Of a DNA stretch of 64,000 nucleotides, positions 20,744 through 32,291 are shown piece by piece; position 1 is the stretch's first letter, and every line of letters starts with the position of its first letter. Below the pieces are notes generated by a model, which saw only the letters and a program-made list of their open reading frames with translations, searched no databases and was not told the DNA's origin. The stretch is from the NCBI GenBank assembly GCA_963778655.1, contig CAVZVA010000005.1, positions 816,679 to 880,678 on the forward strand, written 5' to 3'. Position numbers and translations under genes: made by a program. Source of the stretch: an uncultured delta proteobacterium. Its GTDB lineage: Bacteria > Myxococcota_A > Polyangia > Polyangiales > JAFGIB01.

Positions 20744-22303
20744 TTACGCGAACAGGCCGCAGGCCTTGGAAGCGAGCTGCGCCCCGGTGAAGGGCTTGGG
20801 CAGAAACGCGGTGCGGCCCTCGAGTTGGATCTCCGAGTCCTGGTCGGCCCCTACGTAGCCCGAGCAGACCAGCACCCGCAGCGCGGGTTGCGAGGTGCGC
20901 AGGGCCTCGGCCAGCTTGATGCCGTTCAGCCCGGGCAGCACCACGTCCGTCACCAGCAGGTCGACCCGCGCGCCCAGGTCCTCCACGATAGCCAGCGCCT
21001 CTTCGGCGGTCCTGGCCTCGAGCACGTTGAGTCCCACCCCCTGCAAGCTGCGAATCATGGTGCGACGAATCGCCGCCTGGTCCTCGACCACCAGCGCCAG
21101 CCCGTCGAGCCGGGCGCTGCGCGCCGGCGCGTCCTCCAGTTGTGCGCTCGATTCCGCAGTGCCCTGACCGGCGAGCGGCAGCAGCACGGTGAAGCACGAG
21201 CCTTCGTCCGGACGGCTCTGGACCTCGATGTGGCCGTGCGCCTGCTTGACGATGCCATAGCAGGTCGCGAGCCCCAGTCCCGTGCCCTTGTCACCCTTGG
21301 TGCTGAAAAACGGCTCGAAGATCTGGGCCAGCACCTCGGCGCTCATGCCGAGGCCGCTGTCGGCGACGCTCAACGCGGCGTACTCGCCGTCGGGCAGTTG
21401 GGGGTGATCGTGGATCAGTCGCCGCGCGCTCGAGATGGTGAGCGTGCCGCCTTCGGGCATCGCGTCGCGCGCGTTGACGGCCAGGTTCATCAGCAGCTGG
21501 TCGAGCTGACCCGGGTCGAACATGACCTGAAGCGACTCGGTGCAGGGCAGAATGTCGAGGGCGATGGGCTCTTCGAGCGTGCGGCGCAGGACGCGCCCGA
21601 GCTGGCCCACCGATGCGTTGAGGTCGAGCTGCACCGGCTCGACCGGCCGCTTGCGCGAGAACGCCAGCAGCTGGCTGGTCAGCTTGGCTGCGCTGTCGGC
21701 GGCCTTGAGCACCTCGACCAGGTCGGCGCGGCGCGGATCGCCCGGCGCCAAGTCGTCCATCACGAAGCGCGAGAACGAGATGATCGCGGTCAGCAGGTTG
21801 TTGAAGTCGTGAGCGACGCCACCGGCGAGCCGGCCGATCGACTCCATCTTCTGAGCGTGTAGCATCTGCCGCCGTGACTCCTCGAGGTCGCTCTCGGCCT
21901 TGCGGCGCTCGGTGATGTCGCTGACGAACAGCAGCACCTTGGGGTCGCCGCCGTCCGCGTACCGCTTCATGCGCGCGCAGTACCAGCGCTGGCTGCCGTC
22001 CTGGCGCGGCGAGGGAAACTCGTGCGTCTCCTCGATCCCGGTCGCAACCACGCGCGCGAGCGCTTCCCGAACCTGCGCGGCACCCGCGCCCACGTAGACC
22101 GCCGCGGGCGTGCCGCGCACCTTCGCCGGCGTCAGCGGCGATGCGGCGCGGTTGGCGAACTCGACACGTCCGGCGGCGTCCAGCACGAACAGGTAGTCCG
22201 GCGCGTGCTCAGCCAGGGCCTTGTAGTACGCGCGAACGTTCCCTCGGGGGTCCTTGGTTTTGGCTTTCGCGCGGCTTGGTCGAGTGCTGGATGGAGCGGT
22301 CAT
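20744..22303 (-). CDS. PAS-domain hybrid histidine kinase (PAS-HisKA-HATPase-REC)
   Basis: PAS (APDYLFVLD...FANRA), GRLAGGVAHDFNNLLT H-box, NLAVNARDAM, FEPFFSTK, GTGLGL, C-terminal REC (LVVED, LLVTDVVLP, FLPKP). Confidence 0.93.
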   Translation of the reverse strand: MTAPSSTRPSRAKAKTKDPRGNVRAYYKALAEHAPDYLFVLDAAGRVEFANRAASPLTPAKVRGTPAAVYVGAGAAQVREALARVVATGIEETHEFPSPRQDGSQRWYCARMKRYADGGDPKVLLFVSDITERRKAESDLEESRRQMLHAQKMESIGRLAGGVAHDFNNLLTAIISFSRFVMDDLAPGDPRRADLVEVLKAADSAAKLTSQLLAFSRKRPVEPVQLDLNASVGQLGRVLRRTLEEPIALDILPCTESLQVMFDPGQLDQLLMNLAVNARDAMPEGGTLTISSARRLIHDHPQLPDGEYAALSVADSGLGMSAEVLAQIFEPFFSTKGDKGTGLGLATCYGIVKQAHGHIEVQSRPDEGSCFTVLLPLAGQGTAESSAQLEDAPARSARLDGLALVVEDQAAIRRTMIRSLQGVGLNVLEARTAEEALAIVEDLGARVDLLVTDVVLPGLNGIKLAEALRTSQPALRVLVCSGYVGADQDSEIQLEGRTAFLPKPFTGAQLASKACGLFA

Positions 22304-22510
22304 GCTTGGGCTCCGGGCGGCAAGGGTGCGGGGGATCTGCACGAGGTCCAGGTGATGCACAAGCCATGCCCGCGGCGGGCCCCGTGATCGCTTACGCAGT
22401 CGTGAGGCAAGTGGCAGGACCGACCTACCGCGTGGCCGATTCGACCATGCGGCGACCCAGCGCACGCGTGAAGTCACGCTCAGCCATGGCGCCACGGCTC
22501 GAATCGAGCT

Positions 22511-22526
22511 TGGCACGGGTCTCGCA
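22511..22526 (+). promoter_or_regulatory. Sigma54 -24/-12 promoter of the FHA-GGDEF operon
   Basis: TGGCACG-GGTC-TCGCA, 35 bp before ATG 22562; one mismatch to TGGCACG-N4-TTGCA. Confidence 0.65.
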
Positions 22527-22561
22527 ACGCTAACGCAGCGTCGTACCCGCAAGGTGGGGAT

Positions 22562-23653
22562 ATGCCGACACAACCATTCGAAAAGACACTCGTAGTGAAA
22601 CCGACGCCCGGCGCCGCGCAAAGCGCGCCCCTCAGCGAAAAGAAGGCGACGTTGAGCGTTCTGGTCGGCGGCGAAGTCGGCGCCACCTTCACGCTGGGGC
22701 CCAACGCGACGCTGGTAGGCCGCAGCCCCGAGGCCCACGTCACGCTCGAGGATGATGGCATCTCGCGCAGCCACGCGCGGATCCTGCGCAGGGGCGACCA
22801 GTACCTGATCGAGGATCTGGGGAGCACCAACGGGACCTATGTAGGTGGCCAGCGTATTACCGGCACCACGGCGCTGGTGGAAAGCGCGCGCATCCAGCTG
22901 GGCAACACCATTCTACGCTTCGCGCTGCTCGACCAGCTCGAACGCGACGCGTCGAAGCGGATCTACGAGATGAGCGTGCGCGACGGCCTGACCGGGGTGT
23001 TCAACCGGCGGTACTTCGACGAGCGAATCACCAGCGAGTTCGCATTCGCCGCTCGCCACGGAACGGCCCTCTGCGTGCTGCTGGTCGACATCGACCACTT
23101 CAAGCGGGTCAACGATCGCTGGGGTCACCAGGCCGGCGACGCCGTGCTGCGACGGGTTGTGGGCGAGCTCCGCAGCGGCGTGCGAACCGAGGACGTGGTG
23201 GCGCGCTACGGCGGGGAGGAGTTCGCGATTCTGGCGCGCGGGATCGACGTGATGGGCGCCCGCCTGTTCGCCGAGCGCGTGCGCGCGATGGTCGAGCGCG
23301 CGGAAATCGCGTGGGAGGGTGAGCGGATCCCGGTCACGGTGAGCATCGGTCTATCCCACAACCACGCAGGTGCGCCGGCGAAGAAGGCCGAGCGGCTGGT
23401 ATCCGCCGCAGACCAGGCCTTGTATGGCGCCAAACGTTCTGGCCGAAATCGGGTAGAGCTGGCCGCCTCGCCTGGCCGATACTCGGCAGCTGGCTCCGAC
23501 ACCAGCGCACCTGCGCCTGCAAGCGATCCGGTCGAGCAAGCGAGCTCGCCGCGCCGGCCCCGCTATTGGGAGAAGGAGACTGCTCCTGCCGACGAAGAAC
23601 AACAACGGCTGGTCGGACGTCGCGCATCGCCCTCAGGACAGAGCAGGCGTTGA
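22562..23653 (+). CDS. FHA-domain diguanylate cyclase (FHA-GGDEF)
   Basis: FHA GRS...SRSHA...DLGSTNG; DGLTGVFNRR, DIDHFKRVND, I-site RTED, RYGGEEF. Confidence 0.95.
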   Translation: MPTQPFEKTLVVKPTPGAAQSAPLSEKKATLSVLVGGEVGATFTLGPNATLVGRSPEAHVTLEDDGISRSHARILRRGDQYLIEDLGSTNGTYVGGQRITGTTALVESARIQLGNTILRFALLDQLERDASKRIYEMSVRDGLTGVFNRRYFDERITSEFAFAARHGTALCVLLVDIDHFKRVNDRWGHQAGDAVLRRVVGELRSGVRTEDVVARYGGEEFAILARGIDVMGARLFAERVRAMVERAEIAWEGERIPVTVSIGLSHNHAGAPAKKAERLVSAADQALYGAKRSGRNRVELAASPGRYSAAGSDTSAPAPASDPVEQASSPRRPRYWEKETAPADEEQQRLVGRRASPSGQSRR

Positions 23654-23696
23654 GAAGCGCGCGGACTTCCATCGAAGCCGCTGCGCCAACCAGGAA

Positions 23697-24185
23697 ATGA
23701 CTGTTATGATCTCTGAAGGATCGAATTTGGAACCCGCGGTTCGCATACCGACGATTCTCGTCGTCGATGACACCGAAACGGTGCGCAAGAGCGTCACACG
23801 CTGCCTGCGCAGACATGGCTTTCTCGTACTCGAGGCTGCGAATGCGGCCGAGGCGCTGGTGCTGGTCGGTGCCAACGGAAACGAGCTCGATCTGGTTCTC
23901 GCCGACCTGGTGCTGCCTGCGATGTCGGGCGTGCAGTTGATCCGCGAGGTGCACCGGCGCTTTCCAGGCGTGGCAGCGGCGTACATGACCGGGCACCTCG
24001 GAAGGTCCGAGCGCTGCCAGAGCGCGCCCGAAGCGGGCTCGCTGGTGCTGATCAAGCCCTTCACGCCGAGCCTGCTGCTGGAGCGCGTACGTGCAGCGTT
24101 GCTGCAGGCCGGATGGAGCAGCCCGCTGGACGTGGGGTTGCGCGCGGTCGAGCCCTTGGGCGGTCGCCGATATCCCGCCGATTGA
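23697..24185 (+). CDS. Single-domain response regulator
   Basis: ILVVDD, LVLADLVLP, YMTG, LIKPF. Confidence 0.88.
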   Translation: MTVMISEGSNLEPAVRIPTILVVDDTETVRKSVTRCLRRHGFLVLEAANAAEALVLVGANGNELDLVLADLVLPAMSGVQLIREVHRRFPGVAAAYMTGHLGRSERCQSAPEAGSLVLIKPFTPSLLLERVRAALLQAGWSSPLDVGLRAVEPLGGRRYPAD

Positions 24186-24290
24186 ATCCGAGATGCGCCA
24201 ACACCGCAAGTCAATGAAGATGCGTTCGATGCATCCGAAGGATCACGCGCGGGCGCGAGTGCGCGCAGCCGCGAGGACCGGATAGGGACG

Positions 24291-25655
<1,365 letters not shown>

Positions 25656-25673
25656 ACAACATCGGGAGAGCTC

Positions 25674-26858
25674 ATGGCGGTTGATCAAGTCGAGGCTCAC
25701 ACCCAGAAGCAAAGACGCGCGCGACTACTCGTCATCGACGACGACGTGTTGATGCGCAAGCTGCTCAACCGTGTGCTCACCAACAAGGGCTACGAGGTGC
25801 TGCTGGCGCAGGACGGCGCCCACGCCAAGGAGCTGCTCGACCAGGGCGAGTTCGACCTGGTGCTGACCGACGTGCACATGCCCAAGCTGGATGGAATCGG
25901 CGTGCTCAAGCTGGTGCGCGAGCGCGATCCGGACTTCCCGGTGATCCTGTTCACCGCGAGCCCCTCTGCGGAGACCGCGATCGGGGCGCTGCAGCTGAGC
26001 GCCACCGCCTACCTCACCAAGCCGATCGATCCGGCTCGCTTGACCGAGGAAGTCGAGAAGGCCTTGAAGATGAACGAGCTGGCACACGTGCGCAAAGAGG
26101 CGCATGCGGTGATTCAGGCCGCGACGCTCGAGCGCAACGCGCGGGCGGAGGTCGGCGACCAGTTCGAGCGCGCGCTGGCGGGGCTGTTCATGGCGTATCA
26201 GCCGATCGTCTCCTGGTCGGCCAAGCGCGCCTTCGGCTACGAGGCGCTGGTGCGCTCCAAGGAGCCCTCGCTGCCGCACCCCGGTGCGCTGTTTGACGCC
26301 GCCGAGAAGCTGCAGCGCTGGGACGATCTGGGGCGTCTGATTCGGCGCAAGTGCGTGGAGCCGTGGAACGACGCCGACCCGGCGCTGTCGCTGTTCGTCA
26401 ATCTGCATGCGCGCGAGCTGCTCGACGACACGCTGTACGAACGCTCGAGCGGCCTGGCCGAGATGTCGAGCCGGGTGGTGCTCGAGATCACCGAGCGCGC
26501 CCACCTGGACAGCGTCCAGGACGTCGAGACCCGTATCAACCGCCTGCGTGCGATGGGGTTTCGCATTGCCATCGACGACATCGGGGCGGGCTACTCGGGG
26601 CTCAACAGCTTCACCATGCTGCGGCCGGACCTGGTCAAGCTGGACATGGCGCTGGTGCGAGACATCGACAAGGATCCGGTCAAGCGGCGCCTGGCCGGCT
26701 TGCTGATCCAGCTGTGCGAGGATCTAGGCATCGGCGTGGTGGGGGAGGGCGTCGAGACCGCGACCGAGCGCGACACGCTGATCGAGCTCGGCTGCGACCT
26801 GTTCCAGGGCTATCTCTTCGGCCGCCCCTCGCCCCCCTTCACGATCCCTGTATTCTGA
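25674..26858 (+). CDS. REC-EAL c-di-GMP phosphodiesterase
   Basis: Receiver, then AYQPIV, YEALVR, LFVNL, LEITE, IDDIGAGYSGL, VKLD, EGVET, QGYLF. Confidence 0.95.
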   Translation: MAVDQVEAHTQKQRRARLLVIDDDVLMRKLLNRVLTNKGYEVLLAQDGAHAKELLDQGEFDLVLTDVHMPKLDGIGVLKLVRERDPDFPVILFTASPSAETAIGALQLSATAYLTKPIDPARLTEEVEKALKMNELAHVRKEAHAVIQAATLERNARAEVGDQFERALAGLFMAYQPIVSWSAKRAFGYEALVRSKEPSLPHPGALFDAAEKLQRWDDLGRLIRRKCVEPWNDADPALSLFVNLHARELLDDTLYERSSGLAEMSSRVVLEITERAHLDSVQDVETRINRLRAMGFRIAIDDIGAGYSGLNSFTMLRPDLVKLDMALVRDIDKDPVKRRLAGLLIQLCEDLGIGVVGEGVETATERDTLIELGCDLFQGYLFGRPSPPFTIPVF

Positions 26859-26867
26859 AAGCCGGGT

Positions 26868-28031
26868 TCAGCTCGGCAGGCCGGAGGGGGGCGGCGCCGG
26901 GATCTGGCGCAGGCGCCGGTACACGTCGCGGGTGAGCTCGGTCTCGCTCTGGCGTGGCAGCGCCGAGCCGACCGCCAGCAGGGCGAAAGCGGTCAGGTCG
27001 TGCAGCGCCTGGTAGACGCTGGCGAGCGCCTGAGCCGGCGCGAGCTGGGCGGTGGCCGCAAGCAGGCGCTCGCGGTCGATGCGCCCGCCCGGAAGCAGCT
27101 CCGGCCCCAGGTAGGCACTGAGGCCGGTCACGCCGATCCACTCCGCGACGCGCGCCTGGGTCGCTGCGCGCACCGTCGGGCTTGCGGCGTGCTCGAAAAC
27201 CAGGGCCAGGGCGTGCTCAAACGGCTCGATCAACGCGACCAGGGCGCGCGCCGGTGGCCGGCTCGGCTCGAGGATCGCGGCCGCGCCTCGCTCGAGCAGC
27301 GCGTACACGACCCGCGTCACCTGGTGCTCGTCGAGGTCGACGCGGTCGGCGATCTGGTGAATGGTGCGCTGCCCGTCGATCTGCGCGGCGATCTGGTTCG
27401 CCTGCGCATCGAGGCCGATTTCGGCGGCAGGGCACACCAGCACCGGCTGCACCTCGCCGCCCGAGATGCGGGTTCGGTAGACGCGCATCTCGTCGGAGCG
27501 CTGGGCTGCTTCCAGCATCAGACGCGTCATCGGAATGTGAAACGCGATCGGCGGCGCCGGCGCGTCGTCCGAGGGCGCGGTCAGCACGAAACGGCCGCTG
27601 GCCAGAGCGAGCGTGTCGTAGAATATGCGCTCTGTCTGCGCGCGAAGCGCGTCGAACAGCTGGCGGTGCTCGATCCAGCCCTTGTCGACCAGCACCTCGC
27701 CGATGCGGCGGCCCTGCCCGAGCTGCTTGAGGCACTGCTCGAGTTGGACCTGACTTAGCAGGCCGCGCCGCACCAGCAGCTCGCCCAAGCGGTGCTCGTG
27801 CGAATCGCTGGCAGCCGCTTTGAGCGCACCCTGGTCGAGCGTCAGCCGGTGGTGGACCGCGCCCGATGAAACACGCAGCTCGCCGCTCCAACCGCTCACC
27901 GACAGCATGGTGAGCACGTCGGCCATCGTGCGCTCCGAGGTGATCGGACCGCAAAGCAGGGTCCGGCCGAGCCGTGTGTCGGGTCGTGGAGTGGCTCGAG
28001 CCACGGTGTCGGAAGCGGTGGGCGGTTCCAT
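26868..28031 (-). CDS. DUF4388/PatA-like protein with an embedded MshEN-type motif
   Basis: MADVLTMLSVSGWSGELRV; RLGELLVRRGLLSQVQLEQCL...RIGEVLVDKGWI; LMLEAAQRSDE. Start uncertain. Confidence 0.75.
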   Translation of the reverse strand: MEPPTASDTVARATPRPDTRLGRTLLCGPITSERTMADVLTMLSVSGWSGELRVSSGAVHHRLTLDQGALKAAASDSHEHRLGELLVRRGLLSQVQLEQCLKQLGQGRRIGEVLVDKGWIEHRQLFDALRAQTERIFYDTLALASGRFVLTAPSDDAPAPPIAFHIPMTRLMLEAAQRSDEMRVYRTRISGGEVQPVLVCPAAEIGLDAQANQIAAQIDGQRTIHQIADRVDLDEHQVTRVVYALLERGAAAILEPSRPPARALVALIEPFEHALALVFEHAASPTVRAATQARVAEWIGVTGLSAYLGPELLPGGRIDRERLLAATAQLAPAQALASVYQALHDLTAFALLAVGSALPRQSETELTRDVYRRLRQIPAPPPSGLPS

Positions 28032-28246
28032 GCCGATCTCCTCGGCGAACAAGGGTGCATCAAGCATGCCGCGCGCCGTGCGGGGGCGGACGCGTGTCGA
28101 TCGCCGCCCAATCGACCTGGGCAGTGGCGTTTGGGTGAGGGCGCGCGCGCTACGGCGTGGTCGAAGTCGCCACCGCCGCAGTACACTGGTCCTCTGATGC
28201 TCGAAGGCCCGCCGCGAAATACACGCAAACGCGGAGGCACCGGGCC

Positions 28247-28262
28247 GGGCATGGAGCTTGCA
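28247..28262 (+). promoter_or_regulatory. Sigma54-like promoter upstream of PilZ gene
   Basis: GGGCATG-GAGC-TTGCA (GG-N10-GC spacing). Confidence 0.5.
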
Positions 28263-28363
28263 CTGCATCCGAGCGCGGACCTCGACGGTCCTTCGGTGCG
28301 ACGCCGATGACGAGCAACCTCATGCCAAACGCAATGAAGCAATCAACCGCACAGGGGGCCGGG

Positions 28364-29446
28364 ATGACGCCGCATACATTGGTCGTCGGTGACTTCAAGG
28401 AGAACGAGCGCGAGCAGATTTCGCTGGCCGCTGGGCGCAGCGGCGTTTCGGTGGCGTTCTGCCCGACGCTGCAGCGGGTGCTGGCGCGCATGCGCGGGGG
28501 GCGCGGGTTGCCCCTGTGCGTGCTGGTCTCGGCGGACGCCAACGTGAGACAGCTGGTCGACGGCATCCGAGACGATGCAGAGCTGTTTGCGGTCCCGGTG
28601 CTGGTGGCGCTGTCGCGGCCCTCCAACGAGGGCTACCGCAACGCCTACCTGTCCGGCGCTGACGACGTGCTGGTCACCGCCGACGCCGGTGGGCTCACGC
28701 GCAGGCTCGCCAACCTCGGTCTGCACCGCGCCGACGTCAGGCCCGCGGCGACCATGGGTCGGGCCGTGGTGGCCTCGAGCGACGAGGCCAGCCGGCGCCG
28801 GCTCGGACGCACGCTGCGTCAGGTCGGCTTCGAGGTGATTTACGCGGCCGACCCCGGCGAGCTGGCCGCGCTCGCGGCCCAGCCCGACGCTCCCGCCTTC
28901 GCGGTGACCACCGGGACGCTGCCCGCCGGCTCCGGCGCGACGCACGAGCCCGATCGAGGCAACGTCTCGAAGATTGGCCGCATGCCCGTGCTGTCGATCG
29001 CGGCCGAAGAGCTGGAAGCGCCGCTGCGCGCCGGCGACCAGGTCGCAGACCTTACCGGCAAGCTGTTGTTCTTCGCCGACGAGCAAGCCAAGGCGCAGTT
29101 CAAGGACCGCCGCGCGTCGGCACGCAAGCTGTACTCCACCATTTGCTCGTTTCGCGAGGGCGGCTCGCTGCAGCCGATCTACGGGGTTAGCCACAACGTG
29201 AGCGAGGAGGGCATGTACATCCGCACGCTCGACCCGCCGCGGCCCGAGAGCTCGATCTGGATCGAGCTGGTGGCGCCCACGAACACGACGCCGATTCACC
29301 TTCGCGGTCGCGTGATGTGGCAGCGACTACCGGGCTCGGGCAAGGGCGTCTTGCCGCCGGGCTTCGGCTTGAAGATCGATGCCACGCAGTGCCCGCCTGC
29401 CGACGTGCAGGCCTTTGTCGAGGGGTATCAGGGCTTGGCCCAGTAG
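28364..29446 (+). CDS. Degenerate receiver-like domains plus C-terminal PilZ domain (paralogue of 43825-44910)
   Basis: AYLSGADDVL pseudo-REC; PilZ RRASAR...NVSEEG. Alternative ATGs at 28307-28334. Confidence 0.85.
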   Translation: MTPHTLVVGDFKENEREQISLAAGRSGVSVAFCPTLQRVLARMRGGRGLPLCVLVSADANVRQLVDGIRDDAELFAVPVLVALSRPSNEGYRNAYLSGADDVLVTADAGGLTRRLANLGLHRADVRPAATMGRAVVASSDEASRRRLGRTLRQVGFEVIYAADPGELAALAAQPDAPAFAVTTGTLPAGSGATHEPDRGNVSKIGRMPVLSIAAEELEAPLRAGDQVADLTGKLLFFADEQAKAQFKDRRASARKLYSTICSFREGGSLQPIYGVSHNVSEEGMYIRTLDPPRPESSIWIELVAPTNTTPIHLRGRVMWQRLPGSGKGVLPPGFGLKIDATQCPPADVQAFVEGYQGLAQ

Positions 29447-29460
29447 CAGAAAGTAGTACG

Positions 29461-31095
29461 ATGTCGATTCGAGACAACCTCAACGAGCTCGTCACGCAGC
29501 TAGAGAACGGCGACGCCCGTATTCCAGGGAACGACGACGGCGGCCAGGTGACCCGCCTCTCGGTGCTGGTCGGTCCTGGCGAGGGGCGAAGCGTCGTCGT
29601 CGCCGGCGACTGCGTGATCGGTCGCAGCCCCGATGCGCAGGTCCGCCTGGCCGACCCCGGCGTCTCGCGCAAGCACGTGCGGATCTGGCGCGCCCCCGAT
29701 GGGCAGGTCTCGCTCGAGGACATGAGCAGCCGCAACGGCACCCTGGTCAACGGCCAGCGCGTGTCGCGCTGCACGCTGGAATCGGGCGACCGCATCCAGG
29801 TCGGGCCGCACTGCGTGCTGCTCCTTTCAGTGCACGACGCGCTCGAGGAAGCGCTGATTAACGCCAACAAGCTCGAAATCATCGGGCGCTTCAGCGCGGG
29901 CATCAACCACGACTTCAACAACCTGCTGTGCGTCATCCTGGCCAACGCGGCCTATCTGCTCGAGCTGCCGCCGGAGCTCCCGCTCGGCAACGCGGAGGTC
30001 CGCGAGTGCCTCGACGACCTGCGCTCGGCGGCCCAATCCGGCGCCGAGCTGACGACCCGTCTGGCCACGCTGGCGCAGTCGAACAACTTGGTGCAAGAGC
30101 GCGTGAGCTTCTCGGAGCTGTGCGCCGAGACGCTGGGGGTGTTGCGCGACACCTGCCCCAAGTCGATCCGGATCCAAGGCTACGTGCAGCCCAACGTGTT
30201 CGTGCGCGGCGTGCGCGCTCATCTCAGACAGCTCGTGCTCAACCCTTGCTTGAACGCACGCGACGCCTTGAGCGAGGGCGGTAAGCTGACCTTCGAGGCG
30301 GTGGTCGAGGAGCTCCACGAGCTGAGCTCGGTGCCGCCGCTCAAGGCCGACTGCTACGTCGTGGTCACGGTGACCGACACCGGCTGCGGCATGGCGCCGG
30401 AGGTCCTGAAGTCAGCCTTCGAGCCCTTCTTCACCACCAAGGAGATCGACCTTGGTCGCGGGTTGGGCTTGGCGATCGTGCGCAAGGTGGCCGCAGACCA
30501 CGGCGGCACCGTGGAGCTGACCAGTCAGCGGGGCGCAGGCACGACGCTCCGCATCGTGCTGCCCGTGGTCGATTGCGGCTCAGCGGTCGAACCCAACCGC
30601 GGTGAGGCCGGACCTTCGGGCGAGCCCGGCGGCCGTGCTGACCCGGCGCCGCGGCCCGATCGCCGCACCTCAGACGAAATCGTCAGGCCACGCGAGGCCG
30701 CAAGCGTGCGGCGCGTGCTGCTCGCGGAGGCCGACGAGGCGCTCGGCCGCGCGATCACACGTTCGTTGCGCCGGGCGGGCTACGAGGTGACCTGGGTTGC
30801 CGACACGACGCGCGCCGCCGATGAGCTGGCGCAGACGCCGGACTACTTCGACCTGGTCCTGCTCGACCCGCCCACTGGCGAGCCTCAGGCCGAGCACGCA
30901 CGCCAGCGGATCCGGCGGCTGCGCTCGGACCTGCCAGCGGTGGTGTTGACCGAGAAGGCGAACAACCACGAGGGCACCTTCGCCGAAGCGCACGCCGACA
31001 TCGACACCATGGTGCAGAAGCCGGTCGACCCCGCGGTGCTGGCACGCGTGGTCCAGGTCGCGCTGCGCCAGGCGGGCCGTGGCTCGCACCCCTGA
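29461..31095 (+). CDS. FHA-domain hybrid histidine kinase with atypical C-terminal receiver
   Basis: FHA IGRS...SRKH...SSRNG; AGINHDFNNLL; LNARDAL; FEPFFTTK; GRGLGL; REC begins VLLAEADE. Confidence 0.9.
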   Translation: MSIRDNLNELVTQLENGDARIPGNDDGGQVTRLSVLVGPGEGRSVVVAGDCVIGRSPDAQVRLADPGVSRKHVRIWRAPDGQVSLEDMSSRNGTLVNGQRVSRCTLESGDRIQVGPHCVLLLSVHDALEEALINANKLEIIGRFSAGINHDFNNLLCVILANAAYLLELPPELPLGNAEVRECLDDLRSAAQSGAELTTRLATLAQSNNLVQERVSFSELCAETLGVLRDTCPKSIRIQGYVQPNVFVRGVRAHLRQLVLNPCLNARDALSEGGKLTFEAVVEELHELSSVPPLKADCYVVVTVTDTGCGMAPEVLKSAFEPFFTTKEIDLGRGLGLAIVRKVAADHGGTVELTSQRGAGTTLRIVLPVVDCGSAVEPNRGEAGPSGEPGGRADPAPRPDRRTSDEIVRPREAASVRRVLLAEADEALGRAITRSLRRAGYEVTWVADTTRAADELAQTPDYFDLVLLDPPTGEPQAEHARQRIRRLRSDLPAVVLTEKANNHEGTFAEAHADIDTMVQKPVDPAVLARVVQVALRQAGRGSHP

Positions 31096-31110
31096 CGCGC
31101 GCCGCGCGCC

Positions 31111-32259
31111 TCACTCCGATCCGGCCAGCGGTAGCAGCACCTCGAAGGTGGTGTCGCGGCCCGGATCGCTGCGCGCCGTGATCTCGCCGCCCGCACGCCG
31201 CACCATCTCGCGCACGATCGACAGGCCCAGCCCGGAGCCGCTGCTCTTGGTGGTGAAGTAGGGGTCGAAGATGCGCTCGAGGTAGCTGGCCTCGATACCG
31301 GGTCCGTCGTCGCTCACCGACACCACCGCCATCTTGCCGCGCGTGTCCACGGTGATGCGGATCGAGCGGTCCGTTTCCGCGTTGGCCTCGATCGACTGGG
31401 CCGCGTTGAGGACCAGATTGAGCACGATCTGACCGAGTGTGGAGGCCTCGACCGCCACCTGCGGCGAGCTCTCGAGCACTACTTGCAGCGAGGCCACGCG
31501 TTCCACATCCCGGCGGATGATCCGCAGCGTCGAGTCGACGACCCGGCCCGCGTCGGACTGCATCGACCCGCGCGCGGGACGCGGGCCCTTGCGCATGCGC
31601 TCGGCCAGCGCGTTGAGCTGATCGGCGGCCGCCAGGGCGTCGCCGTGGGCCTCGCGCAGATCCATCAGCTCCGACTTGAGCTCGGGCGGCACGCCGGCGC
31701 CGCCCTCGACGCGCCGCAGCAGGTTTTCGATCATCTCGCCGGCATCGAGCAGGGTGATCGTCATGGCGCCGAGCGGATTGGCGATTTCGTGCAGCAGCTC
31801 GTCGTGGATCGCGCTGGCGATGCGGTTCTGGCCGCTGTGTAGCAGCCGCATTTCCATCTCGCGCATGCCCTGCTGCAGGTGCACGAAGTCGATCGACGCC
31901 TGGAGCACCTCGATCAGCTCTTCGTTGCGCCAGGGCTTGACCAGGTAGCGGCTCACCTGCCCCTGGTTGATGGCGTTGACCGCGGCGTGAATGTCGGCGT
32001 AGGCGGTGATGATGATGCGCACCGCGTCCGGCCGGACCTCGCGGGCCCGGGCGCACAGCTCGACCCCGCCCATTTCCGGCATGCGCTGATCGGCGAGCAG
32101 GACCGCCACCGGCTCGCGCTCCAGCAGCTCCAGGGCAAGCTCGCCATTGTGGGCGGTCAAGACCGTGAAGTGGTCCTCCATGGCGTACCGGAAAACCACC
32201 AAGTTCTGCGGCTCGTCGTCCACGAACAGAACTGGGTAGAGCTTGTAGTCGACTGTCAT
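31111..32259 (-). CDS. REC-histidine kinase (paralogue of 41674-42810)
   Basis: YPVLFVDDEPQNL receiver; LLHEIANPL H-box; NLVLNAAQ, DDGPGI, FDPYFTTK, GSGLGL. Confidence 0.92.
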   Translation of the reverse strand: MTVDYKLYPVLFVDDEPQNLVVFRYAMEDHFTVLTAHNGELALELLEREPVAVLLADQRMPEMGGVELCARAREVRPDAVRIIITAYADIHAAVNAINQGQVSRYLVKPWRNEELIEVLQASIDFVHLQQGMREMEMRLLHSGQNRIASAIHDELLHEIANPLGAMTITLLDAGEMIENLLRRVEGGAGVPPELKSELMDLREAHGDALAAADQLNALAERMRKGPRPARGSMQSDAGRVVDSTLRIIRRDVERVASLQVVLESSPQVAVEASTLGQIVLNLVLNAAQSIEANAETDRSIRITVDTRGKMAVVSVSDDGPGIEASYLERIFDPYFTTKSSGSGLGLSIVREMVRRAGGEITARSDPGRDTTFEVLLPLAGSE

Positions 32260-32291
32260 ACGTCGCGGGGGTGCTTTGAGCATGATATCCC